18,162 bases of DNA. It comes from Candidatus Hermodarchaeum yapensis (GTDB taxonomy: Archaea; Asgardarchaeota; Hermodarchaeia; Hermodarchaeales; Hermodarchaeaceae). Below, piece after piece: positions 17,433 through 18,162 of this stretch. The stretch's first letter is position 1; each line of letters opens with the position of its first letter. The translations under genes and the position numbers were made by a program. Where the stretch lies: NCBI GenBank assembly GCA_016840405.1, contig JAEOSK010000045.1, positions 1 to 18,162 of the forward strand, read 5' to 3'. The notes beneath the pieces are model-generated. The model was not told where the DNA came from. It worked only from the letters and a program-made list of their open reading frames with translations, and made no database searches.

Positions 17433-17641
17433 CCAGGTGACTTCTTAAGCCATCTATCACGGGCGATTGCTGGGTATCGATAAGTGACTGACTAGACCCC
17501 GTAATCCATGAAAGGATGTGGAAAGGAATATACTCTACCTTAGTACTTGCGCGCGTCTTTTTGTACTTTCTAGTTCTGTGAATTGACATCATATGAGCTT
17601 TTAAACTACATATCAAGTTGTAATCCTCACTTCATTCTGAT

Positions 17642-18162
17642 CTAGACACCTAGCGTTATAGGTACCCTCGCAATCTTGGCAAAACTGATCGTGAGATCAG
17701 ATAAATCACCGCTGAACTTTTCCAGTTGCTGAGCAATTTCTTTGGTCTCACTCTTGAATTCCAATCTAAGTTCTTCCGCTCTATCTAGGTTACCTACATC
17801 AAACTCATTTTCCACTTCATCAACGAACTCATCAAGCCGACCAATAACAATGTCAAAAACAAAAGCCACCATGTCCTCATCAGCATCAGTAAGCCTGTTA
17901 AAAATACCTTCAGCCTCCTCTATTTTCTGCTGGTTAGAGAACCACATGCCAATTTTTAATGAGATATTCCTGTAATATATGCTAGAGATATCAAAACAGC
18001 TGAATTTCATTTGTTGAAATTCTGGACCAGTTTTCATAGATCTATATTCTTGAAATGCTAAAGAAGTTGCATTACGATCGCTAAGATCAAGATATCGAAA
18101 TCGATGCAACCACCGCGACAGATTCTCATTCGCTTTCAGAAGCTTCTGGCAGATTTCATAGA
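17642..18162 (-). CDS. Alpha-helical hypothetical protein, 5'-truncated by the window edge
   Basis: The frame stays open upstream of the listed TTG at 18109 (YEICQKLLKANENLSRWLHRFR...) to the window end, so the real start is outside the window. Acidic amphipathic helices; TAG stop at 17644-17642. Confidence 0.75.
   Translation of the reverse strand, partial: YEICQKLLKANENLSRWLHRFRYLDLSDRNATSLAFQEYRSMKTGPEFQQMKFSCFDISSIYYRNISLKIGMWFSNQQKIEEAEGIFNRLTDADEDMVAFVFDIVIGRLDEFVDEVENEFDVGNLDRAEELRLEFKSETKEIAQQLEKFSGDLSDLTISFAKIARVPITLGV

Noticed and set aside
17389-17616. 75-aa minus-strand ORF with an ATGA overlap onto the operon start
   Set aside because: No clear RBS, no protein-like pattern, and it overlaps the likely promoter. 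The ATGA overlap arises trivially from ATG-ACT. It cannot be fully excluded.
479-17975. Numerous short plus-strand ORFs and nested alternate-frame minus-strand ORFs (including the His-run ORF at 7345-7602)
   Set aside because: They are shadows of the long minus-strand genes. The His run mirrors the Asp codon run (DDDDE) on the coding strand.
1-18162. CRISPR array, IS element or rRNA
   Set aside because: I saw no regularly spaced repeats, transposase ORF with terminal inverted repeats, or rRNA-like sequence.

Overview
Probably archaeal DNA: the ribosome-binding sites are GGGGTG/GAGGTGA-type, TATA-box promoters sit about 25 nt from starts, and there is an archaeal-type tRNA-Thr 3' fragment. 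Almost the whole window is one tightly packed minus-strand operon of about 16.8 kb (17392 to 557). It begins with an 817-aa protein carrying two lysozyme-like/soluble lytic transglycosylase (SLT)-like domains around Ig-like modules. Four very large uncharacterised proteins follow: a 1176-aa beta-rich DUF6603-like protein, an 1128-aa protein with an internal transmembrane hairpin, a 1682-aa protein with an N-terminal coiled coil, and a 777-aa protein. I recognise the four-gene core from memory as a recurrent block of hypothetical proteins with no assigned function. My best hypothesis is an undescribed multi-subunit, membrane-associated toxin/effector delivery system with an anti-peptidoglycan cargo. 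The left end contains three things absent from the ORF track: a 54-aa basic ORF, a palindromic bidirectional promoter that also faces a degenerate tRNA-Leu-like element lacking its anticodon arm, and a tRNA-Thr 3' fragment ending in CCA that looks like an att site. A helical hypothetical CDS runs off the right edge. No databases were searched, so all family calls are motif recognition.
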